A stretch of 63,161 nucleotides of DNA, the filler included, from Octopus bimaculoides (lineage: Eukaryota): NCBI RefSeq assembly GCF_001194135.2. It is 5 parts of 5 records of this genome, joined end to end, with 100 filler letters (N's around TTAATTAATTAA, not from the genome) between each part and the next. Parts side by side here need not be neighbours in the genome. Positions count along the whole stretch, not along the records: positions 12,448 to 42,254 come from NC_068983.1; 4 more parts are not named here. One strand, 5' to 3'. The notes under the pieces are model-generated. The model was not told the DNA's origin, did not search any database, and saw only the letters and a list, made by a program, of their open reading frames with translations. Each line of letters begins with the position of its first letter. Within the stretch, counting starts at the first letter, position 1. Of the stretch, positions 12,392-24,300 are shown one piece after another. A program made the translations under genes and the position numbers.

Positions 12392-12403
12392 TTAATTAAT
12401 TAA
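12392..12403. other. Artificial scaffold linker TTAATTAATTAA inside an N run
   Basis: Identical 12-mer flanked by Ns also at 42299-42310, 57014-57025 and 62019-62030; it encodes stops in all six frames. Confidence 0.9.
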
Positions 12404-12538
12404 NNNNNNNNNNNNNNNNNNNNNNNNNNNNNNNNNNNNNNNNNNNNTGAGGGTAGTAAAATAAACTAACTGGAGTTTTCTACACACTTGGAAGTTAGTC
12501 AGCATTATCAACAGGTAAAGGTGAATACGGTACTTGCT

Positions 12539-12613
<75 letters not shown>

Positions 12614-14609
12614 TACATATATACATACATGCATACATATAAATGCATATGTGTGTGTGTGTGTGTGTGTGTGTAAACTGTGCAAGCATACAGAATAGCT
12701 TTTTCTCAGTCACACATGCATACATGTGCACTCACACGCAGCTTATAGTAATGATATTCTTTACTGCGAGAAAGTATACCACATTTTGCATTAACTCCTT
12801 AAGGATAGAGGAACTCGGTTGTTGAAAATGCTTTTGCACATGATCAGAACATTATTATGGCAGTAAGACTGATATTTATTGACTTTACCATCTATGATGT
12901 TTGCTACTCTGATTCTCAGATTAGGCTGGGTTAGTGAAACCTAAAGTAAGTTATCAGAAGTTTAAACGAAGTGGAATGGTTTCCATGGGAATCGGATTAG
13001 AGGACTCATACAAAAACATGGTATGCTATCTAATCCAGTTTATTTTGTATTAACTCACTTGTACTATAGTAAGATAGAAACAAAATCATCTTACAAATTC
13101 TCCCTCTTTAACCAGCCGTTCCTTTAACTGTTCTATTGCTATCAACTTTAATTTTTCCTGATCATATCGAAGTACATCGTTTCTTAAATAGAATAAAAGT
13201 GTTCTTGTAGCCAATAACTTAAACAAATTTCTACATTTGTCATATCTACATTTTTGCATTGATTTCTTCATTTGAAATTCTCTGCTTACATTTAAGTGTA
13301 ATGTGTTCTTTAAACATTGTTCTTTCTTTTTATTTATAATTATGAAACTAGTTTCTATTCTCATTGTATTCTTTTATTCAACGCTGTTGTCATATCTGCC
13401 ACAGACACCTGTCCTTTTTCATTTTATCCAGCAAGTATTGACTTAAGCTAAAATTATTTTCTTTTCAAGTATGTTAGAAATTTAAATGAAAAGCTGTAAA
13501 CAAGCTGAATGTATTAAATTAGTAGTGCGCTGCAGAGATTATATATTTTAGTCGCAATAAACAAAGGCAAGCATGAGTGTCAACGAATGAAGTTTTCGAT
13601 CAGACAAGTCAGTGATCTTGTTTCAATTCTGAGATGGAGTAATAAATCTTCAAATTACTATCAATATCTGTTGTCTTAAAAAGTGAAGACATGTATCCAG
13701 AGTAATGTAGTATTGAATTTTTTGCACAAAAGTGCCCTTAAAAGGGGCAAGTATGTCGACGAACCAGAGAAGGAGCTTATCGGGATCCCCCGACCTGCTG
13801 GAAATAGAACCCAAATCTCTTTCAAATCACCTTCACTCCTTAGTGTCTTAAAAAGTGAAGAAAACATCTGTACAGATTAATTTAGTCGTGGGAACATTAT
13901 ATATTGAACAAAACGGGATGAAAGCAGCTTGAACTCATTTATCATATATCAATCGAGCTGATCTGTGGCCAAGCAGCTACAACAACAACAACAAAGATGC
14001 ACAATGACACAATCTCAGTAATCTAATTTCCCCCTAAATCTGAAGAAATCTTCTATATAAGAAATAATTAGACACATAAATATGGACGAATTCCATACTG
14101 TAGAATTTAGATAATTATATTAGCTGTCAACTAGATTAATGACCTGCTCTCATTTCTCATTCGAAACCTTTTCACTTCACAACTATTAAAAAAGCTTGCC
14201 CATCACACAATATCATTTCTTCCTACAGACATTTAACACCGTGATTTTAAGATATAAAATCATTTTGACTCAGCTATACAAACACAAGTGAAGACAAGGA
14301 AACTAATTAATGTTTGTTTTATACACTATAACAACGAGCTTCTCCTTTTAATGTCATCAATTCAAACAAAATCTGTGTTTCACAATGCCTTGGTTCAACC
14401 TTAAAAGTAAATGTTATTTCAAGTATGTTTATTTGTTTAACTTGTAATACCAACTGTTTATTGATTTGCTTCATGTATTCGATAAAGTAGTTGACCTTAT
14501 GCAGAGTTGATAGTTAATATATGCTTTAATAACAATAATGGAAGCCCAAAAATTACAAAACGTTTTTGTGCAAGAGAATATCTGGAATAATTCCCTGCTA
14601 TTCGTCTTT

Positions 14610-14770
14610 TTTCTTTCAGTTTTACTTTCTAAGTTCAAATTCAGCCGAGGTTAACTTTGCCTTTTACCCTTTCGGGGTTGATGAAATAAGTACAAGCTGA
14701 GCACTGGGGTCGATGTAATTAACAAGTCCCTCCACCCAAATTTCAGGCGTTTGCCAACAGCAGAAAAAAG
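14610..14770 (+). mobile_element. SINE S1, 3' part with (ATT)n tail
   Basis: aagttcaaatt..gccgagg..ctttgcc...gaaaaaagg then (ATT)n 14771-14825. Confidence 0.75.
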
Positions 14771-14771
14771 G

Positions 14772-14825
<54 letters not shown>

Positions 14826-15328
14826 GAGTGAGAGAGCAGCGCATGCCATCAAAGGGACACTGGGAAGTAATTATACGAAGCCCAATATACCCCATCATGA
14901 CTATCCATCTGATAAGGGTACACCAGCTACATGCATCACATCCATATGTGCGCGACATGCGATCTTATATCAAGATAAACAGTGCATGACCTTGCAGGTG
15001 GGGCCGAGTAGTCCATCCTGCTCAAAAGGTCCCTGAATAAGGTCTGTTTAAAGATGATGAACCAACTAAAGAATTCCTCTCAACACATGGCTATTATGCT
15101 CTCTCACTACATTTGCTCGTGATCAGAGATGCACATATCGTCAGCCGCCAAGGGACATGCTCAACTGGTTAAGGTGAAACAACTGACAAGCAAATCTGTG
15201 GTTTTGAGCAGAATATTTACTGTAGCTCATCTGTTATAACAAAACAAAACAATATATATGATAATACTTCCAATCAATTAAGATGGATGAGAAGCCATGA
15301 GAGCCTCTGCCTGGTACTGCATCAGGGC

Positions 15329-15330
<2 letters not shown>
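14826..15330 (-). mobile_element. Non-coding TAA-flanked retroposon, family E (SINE or LINE 3'UTR)
   Basis: About 505 bp, homologous to 37206-37566 and 42694-43221. Fixed 3' end ctctctcactc+(AAT)n; (ATT)n on both sides. Confidence 0.75.
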
Positions 15331-15383
<53 letters not shown>

Positions 15384-15403
15384 GTTGTTGTTGTTGTTGT
15401 TGT

Positions 15404-16200
15404 TCAGTAGTTTAATTTTTATAAAGTGCTTTCACTTCACTACCGAGCGCAGCTCTGTGCGCCTTGGGTATGTGCTGTGGATTGCTGTGGTGCTCTTATG
15501 TTTACTGTATTGAAAGTGTTTTGCGTAGGATGTGTGCAGTACCCAGTAGTGCAATTTTCTGTATGTTATATATATTTGTAAGTCCTGGTGTTTTTGTTAT
15601 GTATTTGTCTGAATATTTTTTATTATACTTAAGGCACCTACTNNNNNNNNNNNNNNNNNNNNNNNNNNNNNNNNNNNNNNNNNNNNNNNNNNNNNNNNNN
15701 NNNNNNNNNNNNNNNNNNNNNNNNNNNNNNNNNNNNNNNNNNNNNNNNNNNNNNNNNNNNNNNNNNNNNNNNNNNNNNNNNNNNNNNNNNNNNNNNNNNN
15801 NNNNNNNNNNNNNNNNNNNNNNNNNNNNNNNNNNNNNNNNNNNNNNNNNNNNNNNNNNNNNNNNNNNNNNNNNNNNNNNNNNNNNNNNNNNNNNNNNNNN
15901 NNNNNNNNNNNNNNNNNNNNNNNNNNNNNNNNNNNNCTTGTCCATCTCCACATATTCTACAGTTACTTGTTATGTTTCTTTTCATTATGTGTTTTTGGTA
16001 ATTTCTGGTGGGGAGGCTTTGGTCTTGTGCAGCAATTAAAAATCCTTCAGTCTCTGCTTTGAATCCTGAGCTTCTCAACCATTGCTGGGATTTTTCTCTG
16101 TCTATTTCTTTTGCATTTAGTTTAGCCCAGTATTTACCATGTAGGGGCTTTTCTTGCCATCGTTTTATCATGGTCCGTTGCTGTTCTAGTTTTAGTTTGG

Positions 16201-16203
<3 letters not shown>
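15404..16203 (-). mobile_element. 5'-truncated R4/Dong-like element, family A
   Basis: WQEKPLHGKY...AETEGFLIAAQDQSLPTRNY...CRICG, gap, then KIALLGTAHILRKTLSIQ-stop and the same 3'UTR as 1592-1712. (ATT)n on both flanks. Confidence 0.9.
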
Positions 16204-16261
<58 letters not shown>

Positions 16262-17198
16262 TGGGTTTGACTCAGGTTCGGTCTTATTCCTAGTAAGATT
16301 TATGTGGGTTGCTACTTGTAACCTTAGAACCCTCCTGATAATCCTTGCTGTCCATGAAAGACAAACTTTCTGTAGGAGCTCTACCGAGCATTCTATTCCA
16401 ATCTCCTTCAGCAATTTGTCTAAATTTTTTCTTACTGTTCCCAACGTACCAATTATTATAGGCACGAACTTTACTGTTCTCATGTTCCAAAGTCTTCCTA
16501 TTTCAAATTTTAGGGGATTGTTTTGTTTTGCTTTGCTTTTTCTTCCTCTTTCTTTACGATCCTGAAATCAAACAAGTATGATGGGTCCATTAGTAAGCAA
16601 CTTGACTTTTCCTTTCCTGTCATTGTTATGTCCAGTTTATTATTTTGTAACTTCTTGTCCGTTTGAATAGGAAAGCCGCATCAATCTTACATTTCCCCAA
16701 CTCCAGTACTCTTTCGACTCGATGATTGTACCATGTGTCTCCAGCTTCAAATCCATATTTCTGGCACAATTTCCAGTGTATAACTTTTACAATCTCGTCG
16801 TGCCTCCATTTCTTATATTCTTCCCGTGCCAATTTGGAACATTCTACCACAATGTGTGCCGTTATATTGTCCCAAGTTCCACAGGTTTTACATTTTTCTG
16901 ACACATTCTCTCCATATATATTTTTTCTCAAGTTGTTTGTTTTTATCGTTTGATCTTGAGTTGTTACAATTAGGCTGTTTCTTCTTTTAATTGCCCCTTT
17001 TTTTAACCAAGCCCAGGATTTTGCTTCACATACGTCTTCAGTGGCTCTCCAAAACTGGCCATTCATAGGTTTCTCTTCGATCTGTCTGAGGTGCTCTCTT
17101 TGTATTTCATTCTTGTCCTTTTCTCCTAATATGCGCTTCATCACCTGTTCCTTATTCACTTTACTCCATTCTTGTCCTTTTCTCCTATTACGCGCTTC
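16262..17198 (-). mobile_element. 5'-truncated, frameshifted R4/Dong-like element, family B
   Basis: EEKPMNGQFWR...TQDQTIKTN...CKTCG..TAHIVVEC...RHD...IHWKLC...WYNH...VPIIIGTLG...TARIIRRVL. Short distinct 3'UTR ending at (AAT)n. Confidence 0.85.
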
Positions 17199-17208
17199 AT
17201 TATTATTA

Positions 17209-17920
17209 CTCATATACACAAAACAAATTAGATTGTTGGAAAAGAAAAATTCCTATCATCGAGCTACAGAAAGTAACCTTAGATGCCCAGAACCCGCCTA
17301 AGTATCCTAGCTGTCCCTAATAACACTGTTTCTGTAGCTGTACTAAAATGGGTTTTATGCCTATTTCCGCTATCCATTTATTCAAATCTTTAGGAATAGT
17401 TCCTGACGCACCTCGAACTACTGAGATACATTTTGTCCACACTTTCCATAGTCCCTGTAATTCAATGGACAGGTCCTGGTACTTTGCTATTTTTCTGTAC
17501 CTCTCATATTGATTCTTTTACATCATTTGGGACCGTAAAGTCAATTATCTGGTACTTTCTATTCTCTTTATCTATAACTATTAAATCAGGTTTTCTAGCT
17601 TCTATTACTTAGTCAATTTGAATGTTAAAGCCCCACGTCTTATATTTCTTACTTTATAGGACTTTACTAGGTTCATGTTCATACCATTTATCAGTATATT
17701 CAAATCCTAGCTTTCTACGTAACTCCCAGTGAATTACTCATTTTTATAGCTAATACTTTGTCTTGTCAGACTCTGATACTCATAGATACTTATAACACTC
17801 TCTCTTTCAATGATTTTAATGCCTGGCCATCTGATAATTGGATGCTTTCACTGTTGACTACCTGTCTCCTTCTCATGATAAATATTGCACACTTATCTAT
17901 GCCAAATTCTATGCCTATAT
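17209..17920 (-). mobile_element. Internally deleted R4/Dong-like element, family C
   Basis: IGIEFGIDKCA (late RT) and YKYL joined almost directly to IHWELRRKLG...WYEHEP...ARKPDLIV...IIDF...AKYQDL...GTARILRRVLGI-stop. Distinct 3'UTR. Confidence 0.8.
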
Positions 17921-17943
17921 ATTATTATTATTATTATTATTAT

Positions 17944-18380
17944 TCAGTAGTTTTATTTTTATAACGTGCTTTCACTTCACTACCGAGCGCAGCTCTGTGT
18001 GCCTTGGGTATGTGCTGTGGTTTGCTGTGATGCTCTTATGGTTACTGTATTTGAAAGTGTTTTGCGTAGGATGCGTGCAGTGCCCAGTAGTGCAATTTTC
18101 TGTATGTTATATATATTTGTAAGTCCTGGTGTTTTTGTTATGTATTTGTCTGAATATTTTTTATTATACCTAAGGCACCTACTATGATAGGAATTGTTTC
18201 TGTTTTTAGATTCCACATTTGAGTTACCTCTATTTCCAGGTCTTTGTATTTTGAAAGTTTTTCCATTTCTTTTAGGGAAACGTTGTCATCTGCTGGTATT
18301 GATACATCAATTAGAAAGCATTTTTTTCTTCATGATCTTTGACAACTATATCTGGGCTATCTGCCTTAATTTCTCTATCT
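17944..18380 (-). mobile_element. 5'-truncated R4/Dong-like element, family A (endonuclease part)
   Basis: DREIKADSPDIVVKD...LIDVSIP...EKLSKYKDLEIE (PD-D/ExK-type RLE endonuclease) plus the family-A 3'UTR. (ATT)n on both flanks. Confidence 0.9.
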
Positions 18381-18393
18381 ATTATTATTATTA

Positions 18394-18448
<55 letters not shown>

Positions 18449-18503
18449 CATCATCATTATTATTATTACTACTACTACTACTGCTACTACTATCATTATT
18501 ATT

Positions 18504-18860
18504 AAGACGGCGAGCTGGCAGAATCGGTAGTACGCCAGGCAAAATGCCTAGCGGCATTTCGTCTTTACGTTCTAAGTTCAAATCCTGTCGATGTCGACTT
18601 TGCCTTTCAATTAAGGGGTCGATTAAATAAGTACCAGTGAACCACTGGGGTCGATTAAATAAGTACCCGTGAACCACTGAGATCGATGTAATTGACTATC
18701 TCCTCCCCAAAATTTTAGGCCTTGTGATTATAGCAGAAAGGATTATTATTATTAGTAGTAGTAGTAGTAGTAGTAGTACCGGTGAAATACTGGGTCAATG
18801 TAATCAACTAGTCCCCTCCGCGCAAATTTCAGGCCTTGTGCCTTCAGTAGAAAAGATTAT
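18504..18860 (+). mobile_element. SINE S1 with internal duplication, plus a second 3' fragment
   Basis: Head at 18504; taaataagtaccagtgaaccactggggtcgat-like unit duplicated; two gaaa(g)gattatt tails. Confidence 0.7.
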
Positions 18861-18889
18861 TATTATTATTATTATTATCATCATTATTA

Positions 18890-18920
<31 letters not shown>

Positions 18921-19479
18921 CCTTTGCACAGCTTCTAACGCTGGAGATGTATTACAGTGTCGGCTGTTCACTTCCAACGAAACCAAGGTTATTTAATGGC
19001 GCGTTAGATGCTCTTTAAACTCACAACACACCCATACCTCCATCAAAATTTCAACAGCAACAAGAACAAAAATAACAACTTAAACGAAAATCACAAGCAC
19101 ACTCACAGTGTCGCAAAAGCAAGAGAAAATCAACCACAAAATCAGTGCATTAAATGCAAACACACAAGAAGAAAAACCACGTCAACTTCACTGTTGTTCA
19201 AAAGAGCAGCATTGAATTGATGTAGGAGGTAATAAACAACAAAAACATTGCCTCCAATAGGAAAGGCTTTGAAAAGCTCTTCTGCAAAACTCCCAAAGAT
19301 AATACAAATTCTGGGATATATAGACAATACAATCTCTGAGCTTATTAGAAAGATGCCAAATAGAAATATATTGCAAACGCCCTTTACTTTAAGACTTCAC
19401 TCTTAATCAATGAGGAGTCTGAATCAACTGACTTCCTCAAGAGCCGAAACGAGTGACAAGGGTGCATAAATGGGTGCGG

Positions 19480-21305
19480 CTTAGGGTTAGTCTGGAAGCG
19501 AGGTCAACGATCACAGGTCTCGTAACATAGATATGGTAGCCATCAGCGAGGCCAGAATCTCTGAAGCGCACTGCTCGCGCCTATTTTCAGTGACTACGAG
19601 ATATTTTCATCGAATTTCTTGTCAGGATCGGTCGACAGAATAGAAGAGTTGCACCGGAAATCTTTATATATCAAGTTTCGAGTAGTTTCCTGGGTTCCAG
19701 ACGTGAACGTCAACGATAGAGGTGCCTTTAAAAAAACGGCCATCTGAGCTCCGACACGAGCAGTAGGACCAGATTTCTTCGCTTGTCTAGAAACTTTACT
19801 TACTACTAATAGGAAATTAGAACTGTCTTTTAGACACACGAAGGTGCTGTAAGGTGGCTAGTACATGCGATTAATTAGTTAAGTGGAGGTTGACGGGACT
19901 AATAACTAAAAACTCGAACTAGGGCGCCCTGAAGAGAGAAATTACAGTAGAATCGATATCGATCATCAAAGTGTTATCAACAGAAAGAAATAGATTGGAG
20001 GGAAAACTAGTTAGAAGAGATGATAAGTAAAGACATTGTGATTGATGTGTTAGCGGCAAGAATGGTGCTCTTGATCATTTCTCCAATGACTGTTGCGTAA
20101 TCAAAGCTAATTCCAGTGCGTTTAAACACGTGGAGACAAAAGTTGTTTGATGGGCCCGAGTGGTGGAGGTGCGACGTAGCCACAATTCCACAATCAGGCC
20201 TTTGACAGATCGGGGTAGACACGTGCTGGTGGGTTTCAAGCTGATGCTTGCCGCTTACCAGTAGTATTTTGCCCAAGTGTTCGGAGCTGATAATATGTTG
20301 GAGATAGCAGCAGATTGTCGCGAGATTCTGCGAAAAGGCTTCCAAAATACAGGAAGCGTTGATCAGTTGCACAAGGCACAAATCGCTCTCTTTGGATGAT
20401 TTGTACAATGAATTCTACAAGGTCATGCCAGAATCGTTTGACGAGCTATGAGCAAGCTTCTGCTGCTACTGGCAGCAGAACGGAAGAATTCTTAGAGACG
20501 TGAACCGGGAAGTGGTAACGTTGCTGAAAAAAAAGACGCCGACATAAGGGATGTCGTAGCCATTTTTGGTCTATAACTTTGCTAAACAATAAATTTAAAA
20601 TTTTCGCGAAAGTGTCAGCACAACAGTTGGCGCTTGACGTCGGTAGTCTATTCGGGGAAGCGCAAATGTGCGCGATCCAGAATGAGTCCATCCACAACCA
20701 CAACTTTATGCAATATATCATAGAGAGGATTGAGAACAAAGCTGGCTTCGGCAATTTAGATCTGTTGAAGCTTTCAATAGAGTCGTCGACCATTGTTACG
20801 TGTAAACTGTCCTGAAATCGACCGGATTCGGAGTCGTTTTCAGAGGCTAGATGCACAGCCACTTCTCGGAAACATTTCTCATCGCACACTGGGTTTGTCT
20901 AGGCTACCTTATCTCACCTATTTTGCATGTATTCGGTCTTGAGTCATTACTGCTAAGATGGAACATTTTAGCGGCATAACTTTCGAACTGGGACCCGGAA
21001 GGACCGTGTCAGTGTTTGCGAAAGGTGTTACCTTATCATCATGGTGTAGGACACCACAGAAGTGGAGACAGCCACAACAATTCTAAAGGAATACAAGACA
21101 GTGGCAGAATCCAAAATGAACGTGAACAAGTCGATGGTTATGCAGCTAGGCACCTGGAGAGGCGGGCCCATATTGTCGGACGTCGCCGTGGAACGTTGAA
21201 CCGGTGGACGGCTTAAACTGCTCGGTGTCTGTTTTGGTCTCAGTCTTTAGACGGAATGGAATTATGACGAGTTAACGAACAAGCTGGTGTTTTACCCAGA
21301 AATGG
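19480..21305 (+). mobile_element. Degenerate L1/Tx1-like LINE ORF2 relic (APE endonuclease + RT)
   Basis: DMVAISE and AI*AP (APE); KSLSLDDLYNEFY, YWQQNGRI, SITLLNNKFKIFAKV, KAFNRVDH, LISPILHVFGLE, KMNVNKS...LGTWR...LLGVCFG (RT). Many stops and frameshifts. Confidence 0.8.
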
Positions 21306-24300
21306 GTTGAGAGGAAACAGTTTCTGTAAGGTCAGGTAGAGGTAGCGTAAATAAACAGCATACATAGAAACTGAACCGAAGTAATAAGAAGTTATAAGAA
21401 ATAGGACAAAAACTGAATCGCAATTGAAGAGAAAAATATCGATACAGTTGAACAACATGAAGGTAACCAATGAAAACACAGTTCACACAGTGGCATTTAT
21501 AAATAAAACAAAGTCAGCGATAGTCGACACCGCAAAAAAATATATGACAAAACAGTTTTGGAAAGCAACCAACCAAAACCGAAACGATAGCTACAGAAGA
21601 TATCAGCCATCAAAAGATATAACATAAAGACAACGTAACAAAATAGCAACGGGAACCAAACATTGAAAAGGATAAATAGTTACTCTAATCTATAAAATTA
21701 ACACGAACACTGAAGAGGAATCAATTTTCATCTAGAAGTGAAATAACGTAAAACCGGAGTTTCTAAGAAAAAGAACTTGTTTAAATGTGTGACTGTATAT
21801 TTGTGTATATGTGTACCCTTACGTATTCATATATATATATATATATANNNNNNNNNNNNNNNNNNNNNNNNNNNNNNNNNNNNNNNNNNNNNNNNNNNNN
21901 NNNNNNNNNNNNNNNNNNNNNNNNNNNNNNNNNNNNNNNNNNNNNNNNNNNNNNNNNNNNNNNNNNNNNNNNNNNNNNNNNNNNNNNNNNNNNNNNNNNN
22001 NNNNNNNNNNNNNNNNNNNNNNNNNNNNNNNNNNNNNNNNNNNNNNNNNNNNNNNNNNNNNNNNNNNNNNNNNNNNNNNNNNNNNNNNNNNNNNNNNNNN
22101 NNNNNNNNNNNNNNNNNNNNNNNNNNNNNNNNNNNNNNNNNNNNNNNNNNNNNNNNNNNNNNNNNNNNNNNNNNNNNNNNNNNNNNNNNNNNNNNNNNNN
22201 NNNNNNNNNNNNNNNNNNNNNNNNNNNNNNNNNNNNNNNNNNNNNNNNNNNNNNNNNNNNNNNNNNNNNNNNNNNNNNNNNNNNNNNNNNNNNNNNNNNN
22301 NNNNNNNNNNNNNNNNNNNNNNNNNNNNNNNNNNNNNNNNNNNNNNNNNNNNNNNNNNNNNNNNNNNNNNNNNNNNNNNNNNNNNNNNNNNNNNNNNNNN
22401 NNNNNNNNNNNNNNNNNNNNNNNNNNNNNNNNNNNNNNNNNNNNNNNNNNNNNNNNNNNNNNNNNNNNNNNNNNNNNNNNNNNNNNNNNNNNNNNNNNNN
22501 NNNNNNNNNNNNNNNNNNNNNNNNNNNNNNNNNNNNNNNNNNNNNNNNNNNNNNNNNNNNNNNNNNNNNNNNNNNNNNNNNNNNNNNNNNNNNNNNNNNN
22601 NNNNNNNNNNNNNNNNNNNNNNNNNNNNNNNNNNNNNNNNNNNNNNNNNNNNNNNNNNNNNNNNNNNNNNNNNNNNNNNNNNNNNNNNNNNNNNNNNNNN
22701 NNNNNNNNNNNNNNNNNNNNNNNNNNNNNNNNNNNNNNNNNNNNNNNNNNNNNNTCACATGCTCATACCAAACAGTTTCGAAACAACGCCAAAACAACGC
22801 CAGATCATATATTCAAAATAAATGGAAGTGGAGAGACAAGTTACTGAAGAGATTGCAAGAGTGCAATGAAATAATTTAACAAAAAACTATATAAATTAAT
22901 AAAGGACTGAACCAGTGCGTGTGTTTATTACCGGCATAATGCCTCTCCCAAGGTTTAATTGTATTTCTTTCAACACACGTATCCACATCAAGAATCTTGC
23001 ACACGAAATACACATACGAAATATATATATATACATATGTATATATATCTGTATGTATAAATATACATATATATATATTCATGTGTGTGGGTGTGTGTGT
23101 GTGTGTGTGTACATGCACATACACACACACACATTCTTGCATAAGGACAGGATGTATGCCATGTAGAAGAAAGAGACTGAAAATTGTTATTATTTATATA
23201 ATAATATTCTATGATTATATCTCTTTCGTAAATAGCAGCTTTGAGATAACATAGTTTTCGTTAAGAGGTCGACAATGAGCAATCTTACTTGTGGAATTTA
23301 CATTGTCACTGATACAGACTTGGATCCGGTACCTATGCTGTCTATTATTTTGGTGTCACATTATGCTGGCATCGAATCTATCTTGTCCACAAAATAACTA
23401 TGCCAAATTTTTTGTCGTTTGAGTCAATTAGTAATTTTCAAAATTGTTTCTTCGCTGTCGAAACATTATTCTAATGTAATTAGACGTATCATTTTAGAAA
23501 AACACAACTACAATAAGTGGTATAAGATGGAGTTCGAGTTGGTGGGTTGTTTAACTCTGCAGTCTTATGATAAAATGCGTTTCAACCGGCAACATTCTGT
23601 TTTTTATTCTGATTTATTTTACCCAATATATATTTCTTCAGAGAGGGTTGTATTATATCAGTAGGATTGCGTTGTATTGGTATTTCTAAGTAATCGGCTA
23701 AGCAGATGCTCTACACATCACACTCATTTTTAATAATAATAGATACATATTATGATTATAATAGATATATATTTATCTTCAAATTTTAGTGGCGGTACAA
23801 CAATATGTCCACCGTCCAAAAACTGGAACCATGAAAAAATACAAGATTGCGATATGACTTTTAATGTCGATCTTTGAAATCTATAAATCACTGAGCCAAG
23901 TTCGCAAATAGACGTAAACCAGATGATCCATTTAAGTAAAACAACTAGTAATAAGTAACGAGATGACATGACAAACTACAAACACCACAAGAAGTATGAA
24001 TTTGACAGAGATTTTCCAAATAGGCTATGGTGGCTGATGAACTGCTTCCAACGATAAATTTACCTACATGGAAAGTATTCTGGGTGTTCGGGTATCAAGA
24101 TGCGCCAGTGCTTCATAGGTACATGTGGACGGACTAACCGTGTCCGTTTCTGTTGGTTACGCGCTGCACGAGGACAAGTTATTTGTGAGGGTCGCTCTCG
24201 CATATTGGCCGGAACTAGGATTCGCACTTGCCCTAAAAACAACCATTAGTTTTCTTTTTAGTCAAGAATAGTAATATTTAGAGAGACTGTCAAATAACAA

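Noticed and set aside
13086-13364. 92-aa protein-like ORF on the minus strand
   Set aside because: No convincing splice sites, no recognisable family and no neighbouring exons.
18964-18980. 17-nt match ctgttcacttccaacga shared with about 62642-62658
   Set aside because: Little flanking similarity; plausible by chance in a window of this size.
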